From Octopus sinensis (Eukaryota), in assembly GCF_006345805.1 (NCBI RefSeq), contig NC_043009.1, positions 55,614,001 through 55,678,000 of the forward strand: a stretch of DNA of 64,000 nucleotides, read 5' to 3'. The position numbers and the translations under genes were made by a program. This document shows positions 38,920 to 51,228 of this stretch, piece after piece (the stretch's first letter is position 1; each line of letters opens with the position of its first letter). The notes below the pieces were generated by a model. That model saw only the letters and a list, made by a program, of their open reading frames with translations. It was not told the DNA's origin and did no database searches.

Positions 38920-40644
38920 GTGAAAAGATTGGTTAAGGAACTTGTATGTCTTTGGTTAATATTACAATAACACTGTGTAACACAATTTTTGTCCTTGGGT
39001 AGCAACTGTTATTTCCTATTTGCTTACCCCTAGAAATTTGGGAATCTAGCTTCTTAACCACACAGCCACACCTTGTTTCAAGTGTGTGTGTTAATTTGAT
39101 GAGTAACAAGGCAAGTTGATCAAATGACTAAATACACATTGTCAAAATTAACAAAGGATCTATAAAATTTATTTACCATAAATCCTCGAGCATAGTCCAC
39201 CCTTGAGTATAATACGCAGGGGGTTTTTAGGGGGCTGTGCCTCTGAAAAATCTAAACCTTGTGTATAATACGCACCCTTTTTCTAACTTGAGTCATGTGT
39301 AATTAAGCTAGCAGCACCTAGTCGAACAAACACTTCCGCGTATGCGATGATGTTCTTAACTGTTATATGGGAATGTAAATATGTTTGCAAATTGTGTTTG
39401 TTACATGTTATTCTGTGTTCTGAATACTTTTATTTTAATAAATGTTGCTTACTGCAAGTTATGGATGATTCTTTTATGACTTCATTACTTTCAGGCTTAG
39501 CTTAAAGTATTTTCACACTCAACATCACAAAAAGTGTCTGAATAAACATTGCCGGACAGCAGATAGAGACTCGGACATTGCTTAGAAAATAATTTTCATT
39601 TTTAACCTCGTATATAGTATGCACAGGTATTTTGATCTTTAAATTTTGGGGAAAAAATGCAGATTATACTCGAGGATTTACGGTAGTTTACAACAGCAGA
39701 GTTGTAAATTAAATGCAAACAAATACACAGACAAGAATGCACAGAAAACAGAGAATATACATGAACTTCAGTTTACAAAATAGATGCATTTTTTAAATGC
39801 ATGTTGTTACTTAACCCCAGGTCAACTCTGATCAAGTAACCTTAGCATCATCAATCATTGTCCTCAACATTTAACATCTGTTTTCCATGCTGGCATGGGT
39901 TGGACAGGTTAACATGAACTGGCAAGGCCAGGGACCACGCCAGATTCCATAGTCTGTTTTGGCTTGGTATAGCTGGATGTCCTTCCTAATGACAGCCACT
40001 ATTTTTCTATACCTATCACTATAGGTGGGTATCTATCATAGATGGGTTCATCATCATCAGAATCATTTTAACCTCTACTTTTTCACTTTGCATGGTTTGG
40101 ATGGAATTTGATGAGGTGCAGTTTTTACAGCTGGATGCTCTTCCTGATGCCAACCCTCCAAGTAAGATAATATTTCTTCATGACCAGACATGTCTTGGAA
40201 GACTGGAAATGAAGGTCACTACGTGTATGATGGTAATACTTGCTTACAACTATCATGTAATGCCAGGAAAAGGGGACAGTAACACACACACACAAAATCC
40301 TACATGTATGTATCCATACATAAATACAATGGGTTTCTTTCAGTTTCTGTGTGTCAAATCCACTCACAAGTCTTTGGTCGGCCTGGGGCTCTAGTTGAAA
40401 ACAACTGCCCAAGATGTCGCACAGTAGGACTGAAACTGAAACCATGTGGTTGGGAAAAAAACGTTCTTACTACACAGCCATGCTTGCGAATATAAAGCTA
40501 TCAACCATCAGTGAAACAAAAGTTGTATCTAATGAACTCATTTATTATAGAAACAAAAGATTTGGTTGACTATTATGTTGCTAAAGAATCATTAGAAACA
40601 ACATTTAATAAAGCAATTTATAAAAAAACAGGAACAAAGGATAT
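38920..40644 (-). other. U12-type AT-AC intron (1725 nt)
   Basis: 5' end ATATCCTTT; branch TTCCTTAAC at 38940-38932; 3' end caatcttttcAC|; junction AG+A restores frame (YD-R-WIRDAF). Confidence 0.93.
39176..39683. mobile_element. Tc2/pogo-like MITE inside the AT-AC intron
   Basis: TA|CCATAAATCCTCGAGCATA ... TATACTCGAGGATTTACGG|TA. Confidence 0.85.
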
Positions 40645-40796
40645 CTGTCATATTCTCTCTCTTGTTGGGCAGATTTTTCAGAGGCAATCACATGACGAAG
40701 TCCTCGTACCCACATGTCTCTAAGATTTTCATTTGGACTCATCAGTGTGACAAGATTATGGCGTGCACCAACCACAATACTAAAACATTGCTCTTT
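40645..40796 (-). CDS. PLC exon: PH domain C-part (KEQCFSIVVGARHNLVTLMSPNENLRDMWVRGLRHVIASEKSAQQEREYD)
   Basis: Acceptor tttttttccag|, ends GACAG|ATATCCTTT (U12 AT donor); 152 nt, phase 0/2; CFSIV and WV.GL motifs. Confidence 0.92.
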
Positions 40797-41811
40797 CTGG
40801 AAAAAAAGATATAAAACAAGAAAAATAAGTTAAATACACAGCAATAAAATAAAAATCCAACATAAAACTAAAATGAAATGATCAAGAATTGTATGCCTGC
40901 ACACACACACACACCTGCATATGCGCAAATATGCAGAGAGACTGGAACATGTAGATACCTAAACAGATACCCATACATGCACACTCAGACAGATATATAA
41001 TGAGAGAGAGAAACAGAGAGAGAGAAGCATACGCCCACATCCAAAGATAGACAAACATATATATATACATACATACAAATACACACATACCAGTACAGAT
41101 ATACGGTTACTACATGAAAAGAGAGAAGAGCACGACATACTGACACCTGCAGACAGCTAAAGACAGACTTATGCACAACCGGAACACACACAGATAGACA
41201 TACACATTTGTATACACACACACACACACGTTTATTCACACAAGTGAATATATATGCACAGACAAATAAACACGCACTAATGCAGACATTCAGCTACAAC
41301 ATAGAGAGAAAGAGAGAGGTGGCGAGAGAGGACTAGATCTACATTCAGACACACATACACACCCACACAGATAGATAGATACATAGATAGATAGATATAG
41401 ACATACAGACAGACATACACATGGGCATACACACTCAAAAATAGAAACTTGCATTCTGTATACTTTCTTTTCTGAGCAATTTGTAATTATGTGTGTGTGT
41501 GAAGGTGATCAATACAATAATTCAGTCTAATAAATTAATCAATAACATGAATCAATACAATAAGTTACTACAATAAATCAATATATAATAACAATATATT
41601 TTACTGCTAGGATGGTGGATCAGTAGAATTGCTAATGATAAATAAGGCACCTTGTGCTGTATTGTTACAACACTTTGTGCCATGAGTTCAAACCGAACCA
41701 ACATCAAATTTAGTTTTCAGCCTTTTGAAGGTTGGGAGAATGGATGTCAGCAAAGTAGTACACTAAAATAAAATAGTACATTAGGACACTAGTAAAATGC
41801 TAGTGTTATTG

Positions 41812-42203
41812 ACTCTTTTACTTGTTTCAGTCATTTGACTGTGGCCATGCTGGAGCACCGGCTTTAGTCGAGCAAATCGACCCCAAGACTTATTCTTTGT
41901 AAGCCTAGTACTTGTTCTGTCAGTGTCTTTTGCTGAACTGCTAAGTTACAGGGATGCAAGCACACCAGCATCGGTTGTCAAGCAATGTTGGGGGGGGGGA
42001 CAAACAGACACACAAACATATACACACACACATACATATATACGACGGGCTTCTTTCAGTTTCTGTCTACCAAATCCACTCACAAGGCTTTGGTCAGCCT
42101 GAGGCTTAGTAGAAGACACTTGCCCAAGGTGCCATGCAGTGGGACTGAACACGGAACCACGTGGTTAATTAGCAAGCTATTTACCACACAGCCACTCCTA
42201 CGC
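41812..42203 (-). mobile_element. SINE family A, full length
   Basis: Same consensus as 10172-10578. Confidence 0.9.
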
Positions 42204-42214
42204 CTTCCCTCAAA

Positions 42215-42597
42215 CTTGAGGCAGTGTGGTAAGAAGTTTGCTTCTAAACCACATGGTTCTGGGTTCAGTGCTATTGCATGGCATCTTGGGCAAGTGTTTT
42301 CTACTCTAGCCTTGGGCTAACCAAAGCCTTGTGACTTGCTTTGGTAGACAGAAACTGAAAGAAGCCTGCTGTGTATATGCACAAACACACACACATGTGT
42401 GTGTCCCACTACTGCTTGACAACTGTTGTTGGTGTGTTTATGTACTTTTATACACAAGCAGTTCAGCAAACCAAACCAATAGTAAAGTACCAGGCTTAAG
42501 GAAAGAAAGCACTCGGATTGATTCATTCAACTAAAAATTCCTCAAGGCGGAGCCCCAGCATGGCCATAGCCTAATGACTGAAACAAGTAAATAAAAA
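42215..42597 (+). mobile_element. SINE family A (diverged), head-to-head with the previous copy
   Basis: gaggcagtgtggtaagaag...ggcatcttgggcaagtg...gactgaaacaagtaaa. Confidence 0.8.
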
Positions 42598-42829
42598 TAG
42601 GAATATTAATATACAAATCAACTTATTGTTTGGGAAGTAAAAGTGGGAGTTTGCTGGATATACCATAGAAAAAAGGTATCAAAAGTTATATTTGAATATG
42701 ACGGATCCCATCCTAAAAGAAATGGCTTCTCATAGTCCCTCAATAACAAACATCACTGGACGTTTTTGTACAAATTGACCCCTATTGATGTAGACAACTA
42801 CAACCTTTTGGTATTGTAACTCATTGTTA

Positions 42830-43310
42830 TCCCCATTATGATATTCATCCCTCATAGGATCAGCCTTCACATCTTTCCCTATCTTCCTTGGCCTTTCTCT
42901 TCCACGGATAACCTTCCACTTGGATTGTTTGGCACTGTTTCACCAAGCTACCATCCTCCATATGGATCTTATGCTTGTATCATCACAATCTTCTAACTGT
43001 ACACTACAGTAGACTCCTCTTATATTCAGGTTTTCTCTCAGATCATTTGTGTTCTGTCATTTATGTATGTTAACATGATACTTTCAGTTTTACATGCCCA
43101 GCCCTTTTCTTCCCAGCCTCCACAACCCCTGAATTCATTGACCAGGTTTCACAACCCTACCATGCAATATCACACTTCATATTTGCTCATCATGTAATCT
43201 AATTGTCACAGAGTGAATCCCTTTGTTACCAAGCAGAGGTGATAGCTCCTTGAAAACCCATACCATGCCAGTGTTTGCTGTTCCCTATGTGACCCATGTT
43301 CAAAGTTTAT
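42830..43310 (-). mobile_element. Degenerate RTE-like LINE fragment
   Basis: Minus strand MEDGSLVKQCQTIQVEG..GRERPRK resembles the RGRPRK.W end of RTE ORFs; heavily frameshifted. Confidence 0.45.
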
Positions 43311-43616
43311 TTTACTTTGGAAAATTTGGAAAAAGGAGGTAAGAAAAAAAATTACTCAGTCCATGCTGTAAAGTAATTGGTGTTAGGAAGGGCATCCAGC
43401 TGTAGAAACCATCCCAAAGTAGATACTGGAGCACAGTACAATCTTTGGATACTGTCAAACTGTCCAACCCATACCAGCATGAAACAGACATTAAATAATG
43501 ATGATGAAATTCAGGTATTTCAGTTGGTATTCAATACTTTCAGCTTAAATAAGTATATAATAGCTTACTATGTTATGTACAGGTATTGAGTTCTTTATTA
43601 AAATTTATGTTTTGTT

Positions 43617-44005
43617 CTAGGAGCAGGAGTGGCTTCATAGGTGCAGGAGTGGCTGTGTGGTAAGTAGCTTGCTTACCAACCACATGGTTCCAGGTTCAGT
43701 CTCACTGCATGGCACCTTGGGCAAGTGTCTTCTACTATAGCCTCAGGCTGACCAAAGCCTTCTGAGTGGATTTGGTAGATGGAAACTGAAAGAAGCCCGT
43801 CATGTATATGTATATATATGTGTGTCTGTGTTTGTCCTCCCAACATCGATTGACAACCGATGCTGGTGTGTTTACGTTCCCGTAACTTAGTGGTTCGGCA
43901 AAAGAGACCGATAGAATAAGTACTAGGCTTACAAAGAATAAGTCCTGGAGTCAATTTGCTCGACTAAAGGTGGTGCTCCAGCATGGCCACTTGTAAAAGA
44001 GTAAA
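43617..44005 (+). mobile_element. SINE family A with a deletion in its tail
   Basis: Full head and body; tail reads catggccac-ttgtaaaaga, lacking agtcaaatgactgaaacaa. Confidence 0.88.
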
Positions 44006-45077
44006 ATACATTATCATATATACCTCAACCCATACACACACACACTCGTTTGTTTGGGGCACAAGCAAGAAAAAAAGTATTCAATACATGTAATAGGACT
44101 TTGAAAATTTGATGACTCACTGTCATGACTCAGAGCTGTTAGCAATAAGAAATAGTTCCACTGACAAAATAACTTTGTCAACCATTTCCTGCCAGTAATA
44201 TCTTCAGAGTAGTAATACGTCATGCAAAAATATGCAAGTCATATGTGCTTCTCTACTGCTCTCCCAGAAGACAAGTGCTACATATCAAATGTGAAATGGT
44301 AACAATTTTAACAATTAAAAACAAAGTTGTGAGGGACCAAATTTCATAGGCTTATAGTGATGGTTTTTACAAACTATGTTATAATGCTGAGCTAGAGTAA
44401 GTAAAAACATCATCGTCATCATCATCACCACCACCATCATCATCATCACCATCATCACTGTTTTAATGTCCACTTTTCTATGCTTGATTTGTTCCACAGA
44501 GTTTATTGAAGCAGATTTTCTACAGCTGGTTGCTTTCCATGTCACCAAACTTTACTTGTTTCCATGGCCAGATATGGAGAATATTGGAAATGAAAAACAC
44601 TGCTTGTATGACAGGGACACTCATTTACAACTGTCACATGATGGCAAAACGAGGAAATGCAAACACACTCACACACACACATATATATTTAATGCATATA
44701 TATGATGAAATTCCTTCAGTTTTTGTGTACTAAATCTACTCACAAGGCTTTGGTTGGGTTATAGTAGAAGTCACTTACCTAAAGTGCCATGCAGTGGGAA
44801 GCAGGGAGCAAACTTGTTAACCATACAGCTACACCTGTGTCTACATGATTTCAAACTAACTTAATCTTTGTTTTCTGAGTGTATATTAAGAAAATTTACC
44901 ATTTTTAGTGAGTGAGTGAGTGGCACTCACCTGGCTTAATCAGAATATAACCACCAACCAAATTCACAAGCAAAACAGATTACTTCTTTTTTCATGGCAG
45001 CCAGATAAAAAAGAAGTAAAAAAAAAAAGGGTATTCAAAGAGAAAATAATAGTTTGAACATGCTATAAAATTCTTAC

Positions 45078-45148
45078 ATTTAGGTTTCGAAATCTTTTCG
45101 TATGGCTGTTCTCTCCCAATCGAATTTCAATTATGTTGTGTAGAGCAA
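45078..45148 (-). CDS. PLC exon: PH domain middle (IALHNIIEIRLGENSHTKRFRNLN)
   Basis: Acceptor ctctttcttttacag|, donor AAT|gtaaga; 71 nt, phase 1/0; matches I.EIR.G motif; absent from the ORF track. Confidence 0.9.
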
Positions 45149-46287
45149 CTGTAAAAGAAAGAGAAGGAAAATATTACTACCATTTGTATTGTTCTGGTCA
45201 TTGAGTTGCTAGTAAGGTTGCTTTATAAATATTTTATGAACAGTAACATCTTGAAAACAAAAGTTTAATATTTGATTTCATAAATATGTGAAATTGAAAT
45301 TTGTGAAATTGATAAAATAAATATAATTTGCAATTAAAATTTGCAGTTTATTGTGACTTAAAATTCCTGCAACTTCATGTAAAACCTTTTGCCAAGGTCT
45401 GCCTGCAGTTAGCATCTCTCACTGTCACTCAAACTCACTCTATCTGCTGCTTTAGTTTCCCTCTACCCATGTGACCAGCATGAAACACGTTGCACTTTAT
45501 TACATTGTATAAGGCACACACACAAACAGAATGAAATTTTATGTTTAGATTCGTCTAAAAAATAAAAGCTGGTGTTATGTTGTGTCACTTCACACCCTGT
45601 AACTTAGTGGTTGACATACAGAGACCAATAAAATAAGTATTTCATAAGTTTTCTCTCTCAGATTAGTCCTTTTAATGTCTAATATCGGAGACTATTAAGT
45701 ATTTTAATAGAATTGTAAGAGAATTAAGAAAGCAAAAAAAGGAGGGACACATGAGACAACGTTGTTCTAGATATACAACACCTGAAAAGACAAGCTTGTC
45801 ATGTCATATATAGAAAGCCTTTTTTTTTTATTATAGTTCTGATTGATTGTAGTTGACCTAGAGCTCAACAACAACAACTAGACTGGAATAGTTAACAATG
45901 GTTTGCACCAGTATAAATCAGTTTAAAAAGCTAAACAAATCCGGTGTATGTTAGTGTGATCTTTTGAAATGGAGCTTTTGATCATAGAAAGCTTGAGTCA
46001 TGGTCAAGTTGTTTATCAAAGACTCATAAGCAATACATACAATTGCAGCTCTCATGGAATGCAGTTACACAGCTGATGAAAGGAGAGGGGAGAGAGAGAG
46101 AGGGTAAAGGGGAGAGAGAAAGGGTAAAGGGGAGAGAGAGAGAGAGAGAAAGAGAGTGGTAAAATGTTGAGAGAGGCATTTCCTTAGTGAAGAAGATGTC
46201 CCCCCCCTCTCTCTCTAAACGACAACATAGGAACCTAAAAAACATTAGTAAGTGATAGTGCATGCTGATAGCAAGTGATGGCCATTA

Positions 46288-46770
46288 TCTCTATATCTAC
46301 AAACGGCAAAATGTCTATCTGTGTATCCTTTATACAAATCCACAGTTTTTCATGTAAAAGGCTCGCATTTTCTATGGGCTTTCAAAACTGTCTGAGGGTG
46401 GTCGTGAAGATCTTTTCATTTCCCCACTCACCCCAGAAAGCCATTAAAAAAAAATTGATAAACCAACCCCTTATGCCCATAAGTTATTTTGCAGCCAAAT
46501 TCGAGTTTTTTGCTTTCTTCTGCCTCCTTTTTTGTCCGACTAATGGCATGTGCACAGTCCCGCTAATTTTCCATGGTGTGAAAACCGAAGTCCAATAACT
46601 ATTAATTACTCTCATAAAAAGCTCCAACTAGCTCATAAACAACAAAACTGGCCCAGGCTGAACTGTGATAAGAAACTTAGTCCTTGATTTAGAGAGAAAT
46701 TTTTACTGTGACCCGGCAACCAACAACAAGCACTAGCACTAGACTTGGCAACGCTGGGTCATAGTGCTAG
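46288..46770 (+). mobile_element. Non-autonomous Helitron
   Basis: A|TCTCTATATC start, GC-rich hairpin at 46742-46760, CTAG|T end, no TSD. Confidence 0.85.
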
Positions 46771-46789
46771 TAATTATTAAGGCTGGAAT

Positions 46790-47438
46790 ATGGACAAAAT
46801 CATTTGAGCACTGGAAAAAATGCCTTGCAGCATTTGTTCCAATTCTTCACATTCTGAGTTCAAATCCTGCTGTGGTCAACTTTATACTTGACTAGTACTT
46901 TATTTTATCAAACCTTAAGAGATGAAAGACAGAGTCAATTTAATCAACTCTCTGTCCCTAAATTTCAGGCCTTGTGCCTATATTAAAAACAAATTTTATT
47001 TTTATTGCTGTTCTTGTCTAGGATTTGGAGAAATGCCTTGCAACATGTTCCAGCACTTTACATCCTAAGTTCAAATCCTACCAAAGTCAACTTTGTTTTT
47101 CGTTCCTCCAAGCTTGATAAAATATATTACCCATCTAGTACTGAAGTAGATGGGACTGACTAAATCCCCTCCCTTTAAACTTAGTGGGTTTGTATCTAAA
47201 TCAGAAACTATTATAAGCATCGTTATTATTATTATTATTTTTAAGGCAGTGATCTGGCAGAATCGTTAGCATGCTGGACGAAATGCTTAGCAGTATTTTG
47301 CCTGTCGCTTATGTTCTGAGGTCAACCTTGCTTTTGTACTTTCAGAGTTGATAAAATAAGTGCCACTTGAACACTGGGGTTGATGTAATCGACTCATCCC
47401 CCTTCTCCAAAATTGCTGCTTATGTGGCAAAATTTGGA

Positions 47439-47481
<43 letters not shown>

Positions 47482-48115
47482 TGGTAAGCTGACAGAATTG
47501 TTAGCATGCTGGGCAAAATGCTTAGCGACATTTTATCTGTTTGCACATTCTACCATGGTCAACTTCACCATTCATGTTTTTGGGGTCGATTAATTAAGCA
47601 CTGGGGTTGATATAATTGGCTAGTCTCCTCCCCTAACATTTCAGGCCTTGTGCCTTTAGTAGAATGTGAGCTGGCAGAATCATTAGCATACTGGACGAAA
47701 TGCTCAGCAGCATTTCTTCTAGATTCACATTCTGAGTTCAAATGCTGCTGAGGTCAACTTTACCTTTCATCCTCAATAAAATAAGTAGCAGTTGAGCAGT
47801 GGGAGTCAATGTAATTGAGTAGCTCCCTCCCCTAAAATTTCAGGCCCTGTGCCTATAGTGGAAACAATTATCATCATCATCACCATAATTATTATTTAGG
47901 CCCTGTAAGGTTGCAAACTAGCAGAGTTGTTACTGCACCAGGCAAAATGCTTAGCAGTATTTCTTATGGTTCTATGTTCAAATGCTGCCGAGGTCAGTTT
48001 CGTCTTTCATCCTTCCAGGATTGATAAAATAAGTACCAGTTGAGTACTGGAGTCAATATAATCAACCTCCCCCTTATCTCCAAATTGCTGACCTTGTGCC
48101 AAAATTAGAATTATT
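46790..48115 (+). repeat. Head-to-tail array of about six diverged family B SINE copies
   Basis: Units start near 46790, 47020, 47241, 47478, 47665 and 47905; several end in (att)n or (atc)n. Confidence 0.8.
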
Positions 48116-48215
48116 TAGGCACTGTCACATATTGAATTTTAGGATTTGTTGTGCCTTGTTCTCCCAGAACTAAGCATAAACCATCCCTACAAATTCTTAT
48201 TTAACTGCAGGCACT

Positions 48216-48610
48216 CTTTTACTTGTTTCAGTCATTTGACTGCGGCCATGCTGGAGCACCATTTTTAGTCGAGCAAATCGACCCCAGGACTTATTCTTTG
48301 TAAGCCTACTACTTATTCTATCATTCTCTTTTGGTGAACCGCTAAGTTATGGGGATGTAAACACAGCAGCATTGGTTGTCAAGCGATGGTTGGGGGGGGG
48401 ACGAACATATACACAAACATATACACACATGTACATATATTTATACATATATACGATGGGCTCCTTTCAGTTTCCGTCTACCAAATCCACTCACAAGGCT
48501 TTGGTCGGCCCAAGGCTATAGTAGAAGACACTTGCCCAAGGTGCCACGCAGTGGGATTGAACCTGGAACCATGTGATTGGTAAGCAAGCTACTTAGCACA
48601 CAGCCACTAC
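48216..48610 (-). mobile_element. SINE family A, full length
   Basis: Same consensus. Confidence 0.9.
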
Positions 48611-50238
48611 TACACAATTTTTTTCCTCTTTTTAATGACAGAGTTTAAAGAAGACATTGCAATGGAAAGGTATCATTTGGCTCAGTAAACTAAAGTTAAC
48701 ATAATCTTGACATGAGGACAAGTATAAAAACAGCCATGCTATCAGGTTAACATGAGGGCATGTGAATTGTTGGTTATTTATGGCCATAGTGACCTAAATT
48801 TATGGTGAAGATTATGACTTTAGTTTATCTTCAATGACACAATTGTGTGTGTGCGTGTAAGAGCATGGAGAAAAAGTGAAAGGTGAGAGTATAATTGAAG
48901 GGAAAGAGTGAGAGAAAGGAGATTAGGCAAGTGAAGTGAAAGAGAATTACAGGATAGCATTCTAGCCTTTACCCTGTGACATTCCAATTTAAAAATATGC
49001 AAGGAAGTGTGATAAATCTGAGTTTTCTTTTGATCTTTATTCAGAATGTGGTGGTCTCCATCAGTTTTCTTTGTATTTAAATAATAATAAACAACCACCA
49101 ACATGCCGGATAATCAACAGAATACAGTTTGCATTCCACACAGACACTATACAAGCACTAAAACAAAAGACTGCAACCATATCCCATAACAAAACAAACT
49201 GACACTATACAATACTAGGAAGAGTTTGCACTCCCCCCCCCCCGACAACAAAAAAGAACATACAATGCTGCGTACACTCATACACATCAGCATCATGAGG
49301 TGTAGCAGATGATGCAGTAGAAACCTACCTGAAACTAACAAATGTTGAAAAATAATAATAATAATAATAATAATAAAAATAATAATAATAATAATCATAA
49401 TCATAATGATGATAGAATAATAATAATAATCATGATGATTGAATAATAATAACCATGAGGCAATTAAAAGTTGCTTGAAACTATCAGATGTCTAAAAATA
49501 ATAGTGGTGATGATGATGGGGATGAACGTTACCATACCTCAGTTTATGAGAGGCAGGAGTTTCTGAAGAACGCTGGTTGTAACAGCAAAAATGAAGCTGG
49601 ACCTTTAAGGGAAGGCCTTTCATTCGGCAGTGGATCAGTAAAGATGCAGACTGACCACAGTTGTCATCCTAATACAGCATCAGCAGATAATAGAGCGAGG
49701 AGGAGGAAGTGAACCAGTGAAGAAAACAGGATAGTGATGCAGTGCTTATTCTATCACTCTATTTTGCTGAACCACTAAGTTACAGGATGTAAATTCACCA
49801 TCACTGGTTGTCAAACAGTGGTGAGGGACAAACACAGTCACACACACACACACACATACACTTGACTTCTTTCAGTTTCCATCTATCAAATCCACTCACA
49901 AAACTTTGGTTGGTCTGAGGTTGTAATAGAAGACACTTGCCCAAAGTGCCATGCAGTGGGACTGAACCCAGAACCATGTAGTTAGGAAGCAAGCTTCTTA
50001 TCCCACAATAACATTTAGTTACAGATGTTTTAAAATAAATTCTTCTGTTCCACCAAAGGATGCAATCATGAAGGGTACGTTTTTTTTTTTTTTTTGCAGT
50101 CTGGAAATTATTCCCTCAGTCTCTTTTACTGAACTACTAAGTTATGGGAACAAAGAAATCAACACCTGTTGTGAAGTTGTGGCAATGGGGTGACAAAAAC
50201 ACACACACACAAATATATATATATACATACACATATAT

Positions 50239-50470
50239 AGGCGGCGAGCTGGCAGAAACGTTAGCATGCCGGGCGAAATGTGTAGCCGTATTTTGTCTGC
50301 CGTTACGTTCTGGGTTCAAATTCCACCGAGGTGGACTTTGCCTTTCATCCTTTCGGGGTCGAAAAATTAAGTACCAGTTACGCACTGGGGTCAACGTAGT
50401 AGACTTAATCCATTTTGTCTGTCCTTGTTTGTCCCCTCTGTGTTTAGCCCCTTGTGGGTAGTAAAGAAAT
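50239..50470 (+). mobile_element. SINE family B (CpG-rich, apparently young) inserted in the microsatellite of a family A SINE
   Basis: aggcggcgagctggcagaaacgttagcatgccgggcg...gtaaagaaat; host parts at about 50118-50238 and 50471-50640. Confidence 0.88.
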
Positions 50471-50898
50471 ATATATATATATACATACACATGACAGGCT
50501 TCTACATAGGTTCCATCTACCAGATTCTCTCAAAATACACTAATTAGTCTGGGGCTATAGTAGAAGAGATTTGTCCAAGGTGCCAAGAGACTGAACCTGA
50601 AACCATGTGGTAGAAAGGTGACCTTCCAAACCATAAAACCAAAAAAAAAAAGAAGAATACACAACACTACTGTGTAATTTCTTGATCGCAGATGAAAGCA
50701 AGAAGGTGAAATTAATATCTCCAAGATTTGAATACCAAACTGAAAGTACTGTTATTAAAAACATTCAAGCCTCCTATGCCATCACAAGCTGCCTATTGCC
50801 GTGTAATAAATAAATAACAAACATGTAAAACAAATCAATGAATCCACATAAAAAAACAAACAAAAAGAAAAATTTGAAGAATATGGATATTTTCTTAC

Positions 50899-51051
50899 TT
50901 TCAGGAGTTTTTTTGCGGAAAACTTTGGTAGAACCTTCATAACGGAGCACCATTTTGTCTCGGTCAAGGACGTAGATCCGTTCATATTGGTTGCCATGCT
51001 TCACCTTATTCATTACGATACCTTTCTCAAGTTCTTTGAGGTCAGCCTCCA
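50899..51051 (-). CDS. PLC exon: PH domain N-part (EADLKELEKGIVMNKVKHGNQYERIYVLDRDKMVLRYEGSTKVFRKKTPE)
   Basis: Acceptor ttttcttttag|TG, donor GAAA|gtaaga; 153 nt, phase 1/1; resembles PLC-delta KVK..ERFY.L..D motif. Confidence 0.92.
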
Positions 51052-51228
51052 CTAAAAGAAAAAAAAAAATTAAATAAAAATTAGATTCAGGCAATAAAAG
51101 ACATGTAAACAAAAATCATAGCATTTTAAAAATAATCAATAATAAATGGTAAAATTAATTAATTAATTAATAATTAATAAGTTTATCAAGTAGTTTGGTA
51201 TGTTAAAAGAACCATTATCGGTAAACTT

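Larger units (their letters stand above)
1072..51051 (-). other. Span of a PI-specific phospholipase C gene (PLC-delta/eta/PRIP-like; PH-EF-X box), incomplete at both ends
   Basis: 12 exons join in frame with matching phases: EADLKELEKGIVMNKVKHG...CFSIV...WVRGL (PH), DKNSDGEVDFDE (EF-hand), [63 protein letters not shown] (X box). Subfamily not resolvable by eye. Confidence 0.95.

Noticed and set aside
49300-49345. ttagtttcag|GTAGGT as a zero-length recursive splice site
   Set aside because: The host intron is only 5.7 kb and a single such motif is not significant without read support.
50680-50745. tttcag|TTTGGTATTCAAATC as an alternative phase-1 PH exon
   Set aside because: The peptide (WYSNLGDINF) lacks the I.EIR.G motif and I found no matching donor; 45078-45148 fits much better.
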